A stretch of DNA of 64,000 nt from a virus: IMG/VR virus record IMGVR_UViG_3300032164_000006, positions 1 through 64,000 of that record. One strand, written 5' to 3'. Each line of letters begins with the position of its first letter. The first letter of the stretch is position 1. This document shows positions 37,941-49,300 of the stretch, piece after piece. A program made the translations under genes and the position numbers. Under the pieces are notes generated by a model. It worked only from the letters and a program-made list of their open reading frames with translations, was not told where the DNA came from and did not search any database.

Positions 37941-39821
37941 ATGGCAAAGGTAAATCCAAAATTTGAATTCGATATGTTCCGTTTCGTCCATAGACCACTT
38001 CGGATGGAGGACGTAAAGAACGACAATTTCCTAGAAAAATATATGCTTGGAATGCAGAATGTTTGGGAGCAAGTAAACGGAAAAATATTTAACCTAGCTC
38101 TCATTAACGAGCCTAGTACATGCAGTCCAGATGCACTCCAATATCTCAAAGATATTGTTGGATTTACAAAAGAGTTAGACTATATTACTAGGAACCTTTC
38201 TGAGACAGACTTGAGAAAGGTTATCCTTCTGGGTGTCCCTCTTTGGAAAACAAAGGGTTTAGAACTCGGATTCAGAACAATTATAAAATTATTCACTGGC
38301 TTCGACGCTAGAGTTTTCATCTGGTTTGACTACCGAATGATAGTTGGCGAAAAAGCTATTGGAGAAGAGCAGCTAGGCGAAGACGCTTGGATTATTTCTC
38401 TTCCCGGAGTTGGCTACAAAGAGACTCTTGGGGATGTTTTTCTGTTGCTACAGTTTGATAAGAAAACTTTGAAAGATGGATCTCGATACCAAAATAACAT
38501 TCAGACATATGGAACCTTCTTCTACGAGGACGGTGGACCTATTGGTCAGAGCAGTTTCTATCCTATTGGCAGTGATTGGTGTATCAAGTCCACTGCTAGA
38601 CCTCATTTTACGTTTTCCAAAGGAATGACATTTGAGTGCTTCTTTAAGACAGACACCCAACAAATCTTCCCTCTGATTTCTCACTTAGATGAAAATGGGA
38701 AAGGTATCGAGCTGATCCTAGACACAGCCGGAAAAAAATTCATTTTCACAATTAGCGATGGAATCATATCCGAGACACGAGAGTGGTCTGTTGTAGAAGA
38801 TCTTGCCGATAACAACTGGCATCACGTTGCGTGGGTGTTTGATTGGCTTAGATTTGTAGATCCACTTAATGACGACATTACTGCGATGTGGGTGGATGGA
38901 ATAAGGATTGGAAGGGAAGTCCTAAGCGAACTGTTTACACCAAGCGAAGTGCGTTCCCTAGATGACATCAAAATAGGCTCCAAAACAGAGTTTGGTGCTA
39001 GGTACAGAGGAGCCTTCGATATCATAAGGTTGGCAGGAGATCCGAGGTATAGTGTAGACCTAGCGACAATCACACTTCCAGCAACAAGATATGTAGAGTA
39101 CCAAAAAGAAGAGCTTGATGAGTTCCAGATTGACGTTAGGGTTGTGGATGACGGAACGCTGGACAGGCTCCAGCTAAAACGCATCATAAATCTTATGCGT
39201 CCAGTTGGAGAGAGGGTGAATATTAACTACATTGATTTCTATGATGCTTTCGAGAGTGGGAAAGGCAAGCTAGAAACAATTAGTGGGGATTCATACGTAG
39301 AAGTTACAGACTACATTGCATATCTAAAATTACAGCCAAACTCGCTAGAGCATATAAATGTCACGGGATGCAAAGACTGGACGAACTACATTGCACAGTT
39401 TCGAGCGGACATCTATAGCGGCAAGGAATTCGAAATAAGATGGCTAGTGCAGGATGAAAATAACTACTATGCTTTCAGGGTAAACGCAGATACTAAGTTA
39501 GCAACATTAGACGCTTGCGTTGCTGGAGTAAGGTCGCCAATTGCTGCTCCCGTTATTATAGACATTGAAATTGCCAAGCCAACTTTATATTATTCATTTT
39601 ATATTTTCACTGTTAGTTGTTACCGAGACCAAGAAAACGGCAACACGACTATTAGAGCCTTCTTAGATTCTAATAGAATATTTGAAGTTGATGACCACAA
39701 TTTTAATAAAGGAACTTTTGGTCTATACTGTCCTGCTGAAAGTGTGTGTTGGTGTAGTGAGATAGAAATGTTTCAACACCCATTAGATAGAGAACGTATC
39801 AATCCAAATGATAAATTTTAA
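37941..39821 (+). CDS. baseplate/tail protein (P2 gpI-like N-terminus) with LamG-like domain
   Basis: LQYL..VGF..LRKVI..LWKTKG N-terminus; TFECFFK..NNWHHVAWVFD..MWVDG..IG LamG/concanavalin pattern. Confidence 0.7.
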   Translation: MAKVNPKFEFDMFRFVHRPLRMEDVKNDNFLEKYMLGMQNVWEQVNGKIFNLALINEPSTCSPDALQYLKDIVGFTKELDYITRNLSETDLRKVILLGVPLWKTKGLELGFRTIIKLFTGFDARVFIWFDYRMIVGEKAIGEEQLGEDAWIISLPGVGYKETLGDVFLLLQFDKKTLKDGSRYQNNIQTYGTFFYEDGGPIGQSSFYPIGSDWCIKSTARPHFTFSKGMTFECFFKTDTQQIFPLISHLDENGKGIELILDTAGKKFIFTISDGIISETREWSVVEDLADNNWHHVAWVFDWLRFVDPLNDDITAMWVDGIRIGREVLSELFTPSEVRSLDDIKIGSKTEFGARYRGAFDIIRLAGDPRYSVDLATITLPATRYVEYQKEELDEFQIDVRVVDDGTLDRLQLKRIINLMRPVGERVNINYIDFYDAFESGKGKLETISGDSYVEVTDYIAYLKLQPNSLEHINVTGCKDWTNYIAQFRADIYSGKEFEIRWLVQDENNYYAFRVNADTKLATLDACVAGVRSPIAAPVIIDIEIAKPTLYYSFYIFTVSCYRDQENGNTTIRAFLDSNRIFEVDDHNFNKGTFGLYCPAESVCWCSEIEMFQHPLDRERINPNDKF

Positions 39822-39832
39822 GGAGTAATATA

Positions 39833-42800
39833 ATGTCTACTGGTCAGGAAAAAGTAAATATATTCTTAAAGAAGTTTCTAACACAACAACACATCACAAC
39901 AAACTTTTTGGATTATCTACATAACCTGATCCTTGAAGACCACGTTGCTCTAGTTGGAGTGAATGGAGTTTACAGCTATCCAATCACGGGATTGTCTACG
40001 CTTCCAGACTCAATCACAGTTCTAACTCCGGGCGAAACAACTCCCGGAGATCTCAATGGACCTCTGGCAAAGATGGATGACGGACTAGGTCACACCATGG
40101 GTCTAACAACCCTACAGCGGACAAACATTGCTGTTCCAAACGAACTGGGAGTCAAATACAACGTAGGAACAAAATTCTGTTGGCTTCCTTCGTCAACAGA
40201 AATCAACGTTCGTACAGGCTTGATTATGTGGTCGCTCAATGCGGAGGCAGTCGGCGAGCTGAACAAGCCGAACGCTGTTTCTTACCACAACAATATTTTC
40301 ACGCTACAGGTAGACAACATCTGCTCAGACATGCATCAGTATGGTCGCAAGGCGAAAGTGTATCTCGAAACCCCTGTATCTCAGTCATCTGGAGACTTGT
40401 CTGAAGAAGTAATTGTTGTTCCACATTCTATGGCAGTAGAGAAGAATGGTGAGCTAGGATACATAGACATACCGACAGGTCAGATTCAGTTTTTCGTTCT
40501 TGGCAAGCAATACACCATCGATACCGCAACACCAAATCCAACTGTCTTTACAGTAACAGCCATTGGTGAAGTAAACTCTGGCGGGACAGGCTATACAAGA
40601 GTGAGCGTGGATCAGGACTTACGAGCATATCTGGTTGTTGACGAACCATTTATAACGACAGGATATAACGTAGTCCATCTGTCTGGTACTCTAGGCCAGT
40701 CCTTAACACCTTCGCTCGATCCATTAGATTACAACATCTACATGGGTGGAGTTACCGTTACGTCGAACAATCTACAGAACGACAAGAACTACGTTTATCT
40801 GTTCTCGTACATTGGAACTGGAGTTGGAAATATGCCAGCTCAGTTCAACTGGGTTTTCCAACAACAACTGCCAGAAAACGTGATGCAGATGCTCTTGAAT
40901 CTAAAGAGATGGCAAGAGTATGTGAAGCAACGTGATGGATTTATTTTGCGTGGTGGAGGTCAGTTTACCTTTGCAGGCGGAACGTTGGATTGGAACGACG
41001 ACTTCTATATTGTCAACCCATATCGCGGTGCTTATAAGATACCAGCTTCCACAATTACATCTATCATTAACGACGATGTTCTCTACGTGAAGCTACCAAA
41101 CGAGCAAGATGTAATTGTAGATGGAACAGTGGTTGGTGAGATTTGGGTAAAAGACAACTCCAGATTTAATTTGGAAGACACAGTCTTGGTTGGCGACGTC
41201 AACAGTCCTAGAATTCCGGGAGTTGTGAAAGAAGTTGGAGCTGCTGGAAAACTCTATTTAGAAGATGGATTGGGGAACCCACTGGACCTCTCCATGTTTC
41301 TAGCAACAACTGGCTCATGGGTACAGCCTACTCTTCTCGAACTGCTGAAAGAACAGGTAAACACAGGCGACCTCCGTCCTTCTGGGCAAAGGGTTATCGA
41401 TGAGGAAGTCATTGTAATTGCAATGGCACACAGCAACTCCCTTATCTTTAAGAATGGCGTTCTTGTTCTTGAGGATGGAGATACAGGTGAGATTGGAAAT
41501 CTACCTAGTGGTGTGAATTGGGTGAGCAACATTACAGAACTACGCAACTCTGTAATCAACACATCCGACGACAACGTAGCTCTTATTTCTCCAAAGGTGT
41601 ACTCGATAGCAACTGACCTAGCTGTGAACAAGAACCTGACGTGGGCTGGACTTAGCGACAGGGTGATTGTGGAGATTGCCGAAGCAATACAGCTATCAGT
41701 CAAGTGGGACGCAACAACATCTAGCATCCATCAGAATACTGAATTTAAAAATATTAGATTTGTTGGTCTTGGAAGCGGTGCTTCAATACTGATAGATAAC
41801 ACAGGAGCAACAAAGCCAATCCTCGTCAACTTCACAGATTGCGTGTTCACTAACCTACAGATTAGTGTGACAAAGGGAGCGACGACACAACCTGTTATCC
41901 TCAAATTTTCTGGATGCAGGGACATAGAGTCAAATTGCAATATGGTTTTTCCAGCCACACACGCCGATGACTTGCTGGATCTAAAGGAATTCAAGTTTGA
42001 TCCACAATCTGGATGCTACATTCATTTTGGAGCTCCATCGACAAATCCAGGAGCAAAGGCCAGTCTAGAAGAGGTATCGGGTATTGAATACTTTGAGGCA
42101 CTGTCTTCTGGACGCTCGAATACAGTAGAATTGAGAAACTGCAAAGGGACATTGTTGGGTCTTAGCAGAATTGAAATACTGAACCCAGAGCAAGCAATAT
42201 TTTTGGAGACATCGACAGATGTTGACCTGTCTGATGAGAAGCAATATTTAAAGCACTCGGCTATGACACGTCTACATGGTGGAGGCCTCCTAGATTACAG
42301 GGGTGGAGCCTTCAGTTGGAGCGAGGACTTCAGCATAATAGATCCAATCTACGGTGTGTCAAAACTGACTGCCGGAAGCTTGTCTGGCATGGTGGCTGGA
42401 TCTATCCTCTACGCAAAATTCTATCGGCCACAACGCCTCTGGTCTAGTGGAACAGTCGATGGTAAAGCCTATGTGAAGGAAACATCCCAGTTTAATCAAG
42501 ACGATAGCGTGTTGGTTGGCGACCACGACTCTCGAGTATCTGGGTTTATCCTGTCTGCTCCGGTGGAAGACAAGCTGGTTGTTGTGGATGACGGAAGCGG
42601 CAACGTGCTTGATCTAAGTCAATACCTACTGATGGGTGGGAGCTGGATCAAGCGGCTCAATACTGTTCTTGTGGTTGGAACAATTGGTGTGGGGGACCTA
42701 GCAAGAGATGCTGATGGTTTGTTTAGCGACGACATTTTCATTGTGGGTGTTGTGGACTCCAAAGGGATCCGACTGACCAATGGGGTTCTTGTTGAGAGGT

Positions 42801-43330
42801 GGTGGATTTACGAAGAATCTCTCCTGTCCACTGGACTTACTTATGGATCTGTGGTCACACTTCCGTTGGACTCAAAAAACGGTAACTCTGTGAAACAATA
42901 CCAGAATGGAGCAGGACACCTACAGGTAGAGGAAAATGGAGTCGTATTAAATTCGAGTCCAGTCGATGTATGTGGTGGGCTGTTTGATCCTTTGTCGTAT
43001 AATGGCTCCACTGGATTTGTTTCCCTAGCCGATGGCGTAGACATGAGTGCAGTATTGCACCAAGACACGTTTGTTGACGCCACTGGAACAGAGTTTGAGA
43101 TACTAGGTGGGCTCAGCGACGTTGACGGAAGCAAGGGATTTAAGATTGGACTTGCACTGACACCTGACTTGGGTTCCGGTGCTAGTATTGTGAGGAAGCA
43201 ATATGAGGAAGACGGTGCAGAATATTCGTGGCAATCTTCAATAACACTTAAGAAAAGGGTTCCAGCTGGTTCGGTCCTTAGATTTAGGATCTTACCAAAG
43301 GGGAACGCTGGAAGAACAGTTGACGCTTAA
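39833..43330 (+). CDS. tail fibre / receptor-binding adaptor protein (1165 aa) with a duplicated domain
   Basis: Follows the baseplate genes; two ~185-aa homologous segments flank a beta-helix-like region. Confidence 0.75.
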   Translation: MSTGQEKVNIFLKKFLTQQHITTNFLDYLHNLILEDHVALVGVNGVYSYPITGLSTLPDSITVLTPGETTPGDLNGPLAKMDDGLGHTMGLTTLQRTNIAVPNELGVKYNVGTKFCWLPSSTEINVRTGLIMWSLNAEAVGELNKPNAVSYHNNIFTLQVDNICSDMHQYGRKAKVYLETPVSQSSGDLSEEVIVVPHSMAVEKNGELGYIDIPTGQIQFFVLGKQYTIDTATPNPTVFTVTAIGEVNSGGTGYTRVSVDQDLRAYLVVDEPFITTGYNVVHLSGTLGQSLTPSLDPLDYNIYMGGVTVTSNNLQNDKNYVYLFSYIGTGVGNMPAQFNWVFQQQLPENVMQMLLNLKRWQEYVKQRDGFILRGGGQFTFAGGTLDWNDDFYIVNPYRGAYKIPASTITSIINDDVLYVKLPNEQDVIVDGTVVGEIWVKDNSRFNLEDTVLVGDVNSPRIPGVVKEVGAAGKLYLEDGLGNPLDLSMFLATTGSWVQPTLLELLKEQVNTGDLRPSGQRVIDEEVIVIAMAHSNSLIFKNGVLVLEDGDTGEIGNLPSGVNWVSNITELRNSVINTSDDNVALISPKVYSIATDLAVNKNLTWAGLSDRVIVEIAEAIQLSVKWDATTSSIHQNTEFKNIRFVGLGSGASILIDNTGATKPILVNFTDCVFTNLQISVTKGATTQPVILKFSGCRDIESNCNMVFPATHADDLLDLKEFKFDPQSGCYIHFGAPSTNPGAKASLEEVSGIEYFEALSSGRSNTVELRNCKGTLLGLSRIEILNPEQAIFLETSTDVDLSDEKQYLKHSAMTRLHGGGLLDYRGGAFSWSEDFSIIDPIYGVSKLTAGSLSGMVAGSILYAKFYRPQRLWSSGTVDGKAYVKETSQFNQDDSVLVGDHDSRVSGFILSAPVEDKLVVVDDGSGNVLDLSQYLLMGGSWIKRLNTVLVVGTIGVGDLARDADGLFSDDIFIVGVVDSKGIRLTNGVLVERWWIYEESLLSTGLTYGSVVTLPLDSKNGNSVKQYQNGAGHLQVEENGVVLNSSPVDVCGGLFDPLSYNGSTGFVSLADGVDMSAVLHQDTFVDATGTEFEILGGLSDVDGSKGFKIGLALTPDLGSGASIVRKQYEEDGAEYSWQSSITLKKRVPAGSVLRFRILPKGNAGRTVDA

Positions 43331-43356
43331 AATGAACACTCTCGAAGGAGCAGGTA

Positions 43357-46300
43357 ATGACACATTCTAATCAAATATTGGACAGGAAAAACAGAGCACA
43401 CGTTCGGTCAACTGTTGGAGAAAATCTGGAGAATATTCTAGATTTGGTTGATGACAGATTGTCGTATCCAATGGAAGTTTCCATCGGCGGCTATACCATC
43501 ACAATTGGGAGTGGACTCCTGCAGTCCGCGGAATCAAACAGCCTAGATGGTAAATCCGACTCATATAGGGTTGGCGTTCCACCTCTAGCTGGACTTGAAA
43601 CGAAGCCAGTTGTGTCCAGTCTTGTGCTGAACACAGGAGCATACGACGGTGACTTTGAAGTACCAACCAATCCAACTCTAACTCCAAACCAATACATTAG
43701 AATGGGTATTGAGCTGCGACCAGATGGAAAATACTACGCTGTTTTTGGAACGCCGAGTGCGTTGCTGACAGGGTGTGGATATCCTCCATTTGCCATTGGT
43801 GCCTCAATCCAAATTATGGTCATCGACCTGCAAGATAGTGGTTCTGGTGGGAACTGGAGCTACAAGGTTCCAGCAAAAAAAGACGTCATAGTGTTCAACA
43901 ACCCTAGTGCTGGAGGCGGTGGAACACCCAACGCAAAGCTGATGGGTGGAGGCGTGTGGGCTGCATCAAATAATCTTGGTGACACACAATTAGAGTGGAA
44001 TGGTGTTGCGTATGTTTCTCTTCCGGGATTACAGAAAGAGCGAAACACAATACAGCCGGACATCATATCTTTGGCAGAAGACGAAGCTGCCTACGTTATC
44101 TTGAACAAGTTGGCTGGTCCAAACGAGGATCTCGTCGTTCAGAAAGACCTGTTCGTCAACATATTCCCATACAATCCAAATCTATTTTTAATAGCAAGGG
44201 GATTTGCTGGGGGAGTGCTGGTTGGTAACTCTTGCTTCAGCTTAATTCATGGAGAATCAAAAGAGCTGGACACTGGCATGTCTATCCAAAACAGGCAGCT
44301 ATTGGGGTCTGACGTAGATGAGACAACGTCTGTACCAGAATACTCTTTGCGTGGTGCTCCAGAAAGAACACTGGACGACACACAACCCGTCCTAGAAGCA
44401 TTGTCTAGCGTGGATGCAGAGATAGATAAGTTTTTTGGACAGCTGAGAATAATCCCACACGAAAGCGACACAAACAAAATAAGAATAACAGGGGTTGATT
44501 TCACCATGAAGGATGGCTCTATATTGAGCCAAGAGATTGCAAGTCTTCTTCTGAAATTCGACGGAGCAGTAGTAAACCTGACAACTGGTGGAGTGTTCGC
44601 CTCGAATGGGACAACCCCAATTGGAATAAACTTTACTCCAGCCACAATCCCTCTTTCGTCTTATAACTGGTATTCCATAGGTCTTGTCGCAAACACCATA
44701 ACAGCAAACGGAGCAATGACAGCTCAGTTGATTGTGCTGTCTGGTGGTCCAAACACATCGTCTTCGGCCACAACAATCCCTAGCTTTGCTGGCTCTAAAA
44801 AGGTTGGTCTGGTTCAGGTTCAAAACTCTGGCGGGAGCATTGTACGCACAGCCATACGACAGCTAGGTGCTGGAACTGGAAGCGGAGGCGGTATATCCAA
44901 CGCCAAGTTAATCAATGGTGGGAAATTCTACTGGACAGGAGAAATAGAATCTGTTTCCAGTAACTCTGTATCTCCAAACAGCGTCAACATCAACAATATG
45001 TTCTCGGATTGGAATGCTTGGCAGACCTTTGTTGCTGTCGGCTCTGGCTTGACAAAGTTCTCATCTACCGCTTTTTCTAGGTCTAACTCTGGGGTAACAG
45101 GTGTTCTTCGTGGCTATCTGTATGCTGTAAACCAAAGCACAGGTCTTCCAATTGCTACGCTCCTCGCTACGTCTATAAACACAGTACCAATTGAGACTCT
45201 GGAAACACAATCTTCCGTTAAGCAGTACACCCCCGTGACGTTCAATTTTTCTGGCGAAACTCTTGTTCCAGGAACCAGATATTGTGTTCTAGTCAAGGTT
45301 GTTTCTATCAGCGGTGGATGGATTGCACCCTACATAAACAACACGAACCCACTTCCAAACGAAAAGGCTGGCATACAATTTTCTGGGTTGAGTGAGACAG
45401 TTGGAATGGACATCAATATGTCTGTTGGTCAGCTAGGTGTTGGAACCCTCAGCTGGGATTCCGCTGCATACGTTTCAATGCCCGGACTAGACTTTGCAAG
45501 AAACACAATCCCAGTTGGATCTTCATCCCTAGGGTTGGACGAGGCTCTGTACGTCAAGGTATCCACACTCGACGGAGTCGCTGCAAACCTAACTGTAGAG
45601 CGAGGGAACATAACAGACATTTCGCCCTACGACTCAAGCATATTCATCTTTGCTGTTAAGACTGCCGAAGGTGTTGTTGTTGGCGACACGTTGCTTGCTG
45701 CTGGACAGTCGAGGAAGCTAGACGACAACAGAGTGTTTACGTTCAACAGTTCTTCTCCTGCAACTCTGACAACCCTAACGTCTACGAAATACGTTGGTGG
45801 ATATTATTTTCCACTTGGTGGGAGAATTAAGAGTGGGGTTGTAATCTACGGGAACGTGGTTTCTGATGGAAACCTAACTATCGAAACCAACGTCACAATC
45901 TTTGGAAGTGTCACTACAAACGGAAACAACTTAGAGTTTGATTCGACCTATGCTTCGGCAAACGAAACAATCAAAATCTACGGAGATTTACTTTCCGGAT
46001 GGACTTACTTCACGTCCGCAACAAACAGCCGACAACACACGCTAACAGTTTACGGAAGTGTCACAGCTGGATCATTCTATCTGGACACTCTAAACTCCAC
46101 ATCCGATATGCTCAGCATCGAAGTGAAAAGAAGTTTTATAACTTCGGAATTCAGTGCCTACACAAAAACAAACAACTCTGTAACTGTTGCGGCAATCACA
46201 GTCCGAGGCGACCTAATTTGCTCGCAAGGTTTGACAATCAAGCACCTAGAAACTTCAACAGCACAAGGATACAGAACAACCATCGGCGGGAACCTAATAG

Positions 46301-49300
46301 TTCAGGGTTCTCTGGTCTATGGCTTCTACGACTCGGCTACAGGAAACTCTAGCAGTTCGTCTCTAGGATACCTAGACGTTAGGGGTGTCACAAAAATAAG
46401 TGGAAACGCATCGTTCAACGCTAGGTCTGAACACGTCTTCTATGGTGAGACATACATCGGTGGAAACCTATTTGTCTATAGTGCTGTAAACAACGTCACC
46501 GAGACAAAAATAAAGTTCCGTGGAAATGTTTCTGTAAACGGAGAGGTCACCCTAGCTGCTCCAACTGGAACCTCAGTTGTTGGTCAATACACTATAGAGG
46601 CGTATTCTGAATTTAGAGCTAGAGCTTTGAAGAAGGTATATTCCAACACCTACGCTTCGGTACGAGGGTACGGAAAAACAGATTACAGGATACCCAAAAT
46701 CTACGCCGACGGAGTTCTGGCAGATAAGCAAGTTTACTTTCTAATGTCTGATTCTGCTGGCCAAATGTCGTTGGAAACATATAAGAACACCAACGTAGAT
46801 GTGAAGCTGGCGAACGTTGGATTTACAGTTCTCAAGACGCTGACAGACGGACTAGCGTTAATGAGAAAATACAACTGGAATAACGACCAAGCCTATGTTG
46901 TGCAGTATGGTAGAGACGACTCGATGTACGACATAGTCGTAGATGCTTCTGGGAAAGGAGACTACACCTCCCTTCGTCTTGCGTTGTTGGCGGCTGGAGA
47001 AAACGACACAATATTCATTCGCAATGGTGTCTATAACGAAACAACTGATTCCCTGTACCTGAAGTCAGGACAATCAATCATAGGTGAATCTAGAGACGGA
47101 GTTATCCTTACCACTAGCACGACAAGTTGGTTTTTCAGTGCATATAACAGAATTGGTGGACTCTACTCGACATATCCAGCAACAAGCAACCTAGGCTTCG
47201 ACTCTGCTACTGGCATCGGTACTGTATCCATAACTAACGGATCAAGACTTGTAACATACACTGGAACAACACACCCATCCGACGGAAAAATAGCCTACAT
47301 CCTAGGTGACTGGTACACAATCAGCAACACCGACACAGTGAACAAGACGTTCAACGTGGATAGGGATATTTTCAAGAGAACACAGACGGGTCTACCTTGG
47401 AGATTTGCGACAACACAAGGAGGGGTAGACTACTCGGTCACACCAAACCAATTCCTGAGAATAAAGAACCTAACCTACAAAGCAACAACAGCGGCTTCAT
47501 TCTTGTATGCGAATGCGTGTGCAAACATTGAAGTAGAAAACGTAGATGTTATTTCTACAGCATGGAACAGCTCGTCAAACGCAATAATCTACGGACAAAA
47601 CATGACGAACGTTAGTGCTAGAAATATCCGCTTCTACAACAAGAACACAACTGCCGGAGCCGACGAACCGAACGTGCTCTATGTCTATGCTGCGTGGGAT
47701 TGCTCGTTTACGGAATGGGAAGTCTACGGTGGAAAATACATGAGAATGGATGGTTCCGCTGGAGCCGCGATGAACTACCACTGTAAGGTCCACTTCAGTA
47801 GATTCGAAAGCGACGCTCTAATGTGGCTGTCTCTAGGCTTCTGTCAGGAATGTGATTTTTCGTTTGGCGTTATAAATTGCAATCAGTTCTGTCAGAGCGA
47901 ATTCAACTTCCACAAGTGTCGGCTAGATTTCTTCGAAACAAGAATGTTTGGGGGTAGCTCATATATCCGAGGACAAGACAACATAGTCAACTTTGGGAAT
48001 ATGTATCTCGACGGTGCTTCTTTCTACGTTAATAAGGCTCAAGCATCTGGGTATCTTTCCAAAAACATTCTTGTATCTGGAAACGTCATTGGAACTGGAA
48101 CACTCTATCTAGACGACAGCGTGTACCTAGGAGACAGCGTCTACGTCCAAACTTTGGGTGGAACAGCTCCAGCACGAACACCAACACCAAGAACAAGTGC
48201 TGTTGTTTTGGATGCTGCTGGAGGAGGCGACGCAACAACGCTCGCAGCTGCGATAACCAAGGCTGGAAACTACGGATCAATCTTTGTTAGAAACGGAACG
48301 TACACCATGTCTAGTGGTGTCAGCTTATCTATTGGCCAAACAATCTTAGGTGAGTCCAAGAACGGAGTTATCCTAGAGTTTACTGGTGGATATATCTCAA
48401 TGCCATATCCAGTTTCATACAACATAGGAACTAGCTTCACAAACGGAGATCCAAGAACACCGAGCACAACCTACGCTTGCGGATTTCTGACGCTAACCAC
48501 AAGTTCCAGAACCATTGCATACTCTGGAGACATCGCTCCAACTGTAGGCAATATTCTACGAGTACAGGGCGAATGGTTCGAGGTCATGACTGTAGATAGT
48601 GGTGCGAAAACATTCACAGTAGACAAAGACGTTCGTCACGCTCCGTTCTCCAATGTTTGGTGTAAATTCTACCAAAAACAATATGGAGTAAACATATCCC
48701 AAAATCCATCTATCAGGTCTTCTATTAAAAACCTGACAGTGAAAATGACGTCAGGAAACATGGCGATAAACGTGGGTTCTTGCTGCGACGTAGAGGACGT
48801 TGACATTATAGACGTTGCAGCTAGTGGATACGGTGGAATGTTGCAAGGTGGGCAAGGGATTTGCGACACGAACGTGCGTAGGGTAAAAATCATAAACGCA
48901 AACATCAACTCTGGTGCAACAACAACATATCTGCGAGCAATATATTTGAGTGGAGCACAAGATTGTACCTTCGAGAACATAGAGTGTCACCACACCAACA
49001 ATGACATGATAGGTGGAGCTAGTTTCAACAATCCAGTGATAAACTGTAAATTCCACTTTCTGCGTAAAGTTGGATCAGGTCCAGCGTTCCAACCACTCGG
49101 CTACATGACAGAGTGTGACCTGACAATAGACTTCATGGAACACACCAACCTCCAAGACGTCAGCGCCTCTTGCTGCCTATATAACTGTCGGGTTAAGTTT
49201 GGCCAATCCAGATTCACTGGAAACGTCTATATGTATTCCCTAGGCTCTACATTCGACCTAGGTCATATGTGGAACGTCGGCTACGCTTATGTCATTAGTG

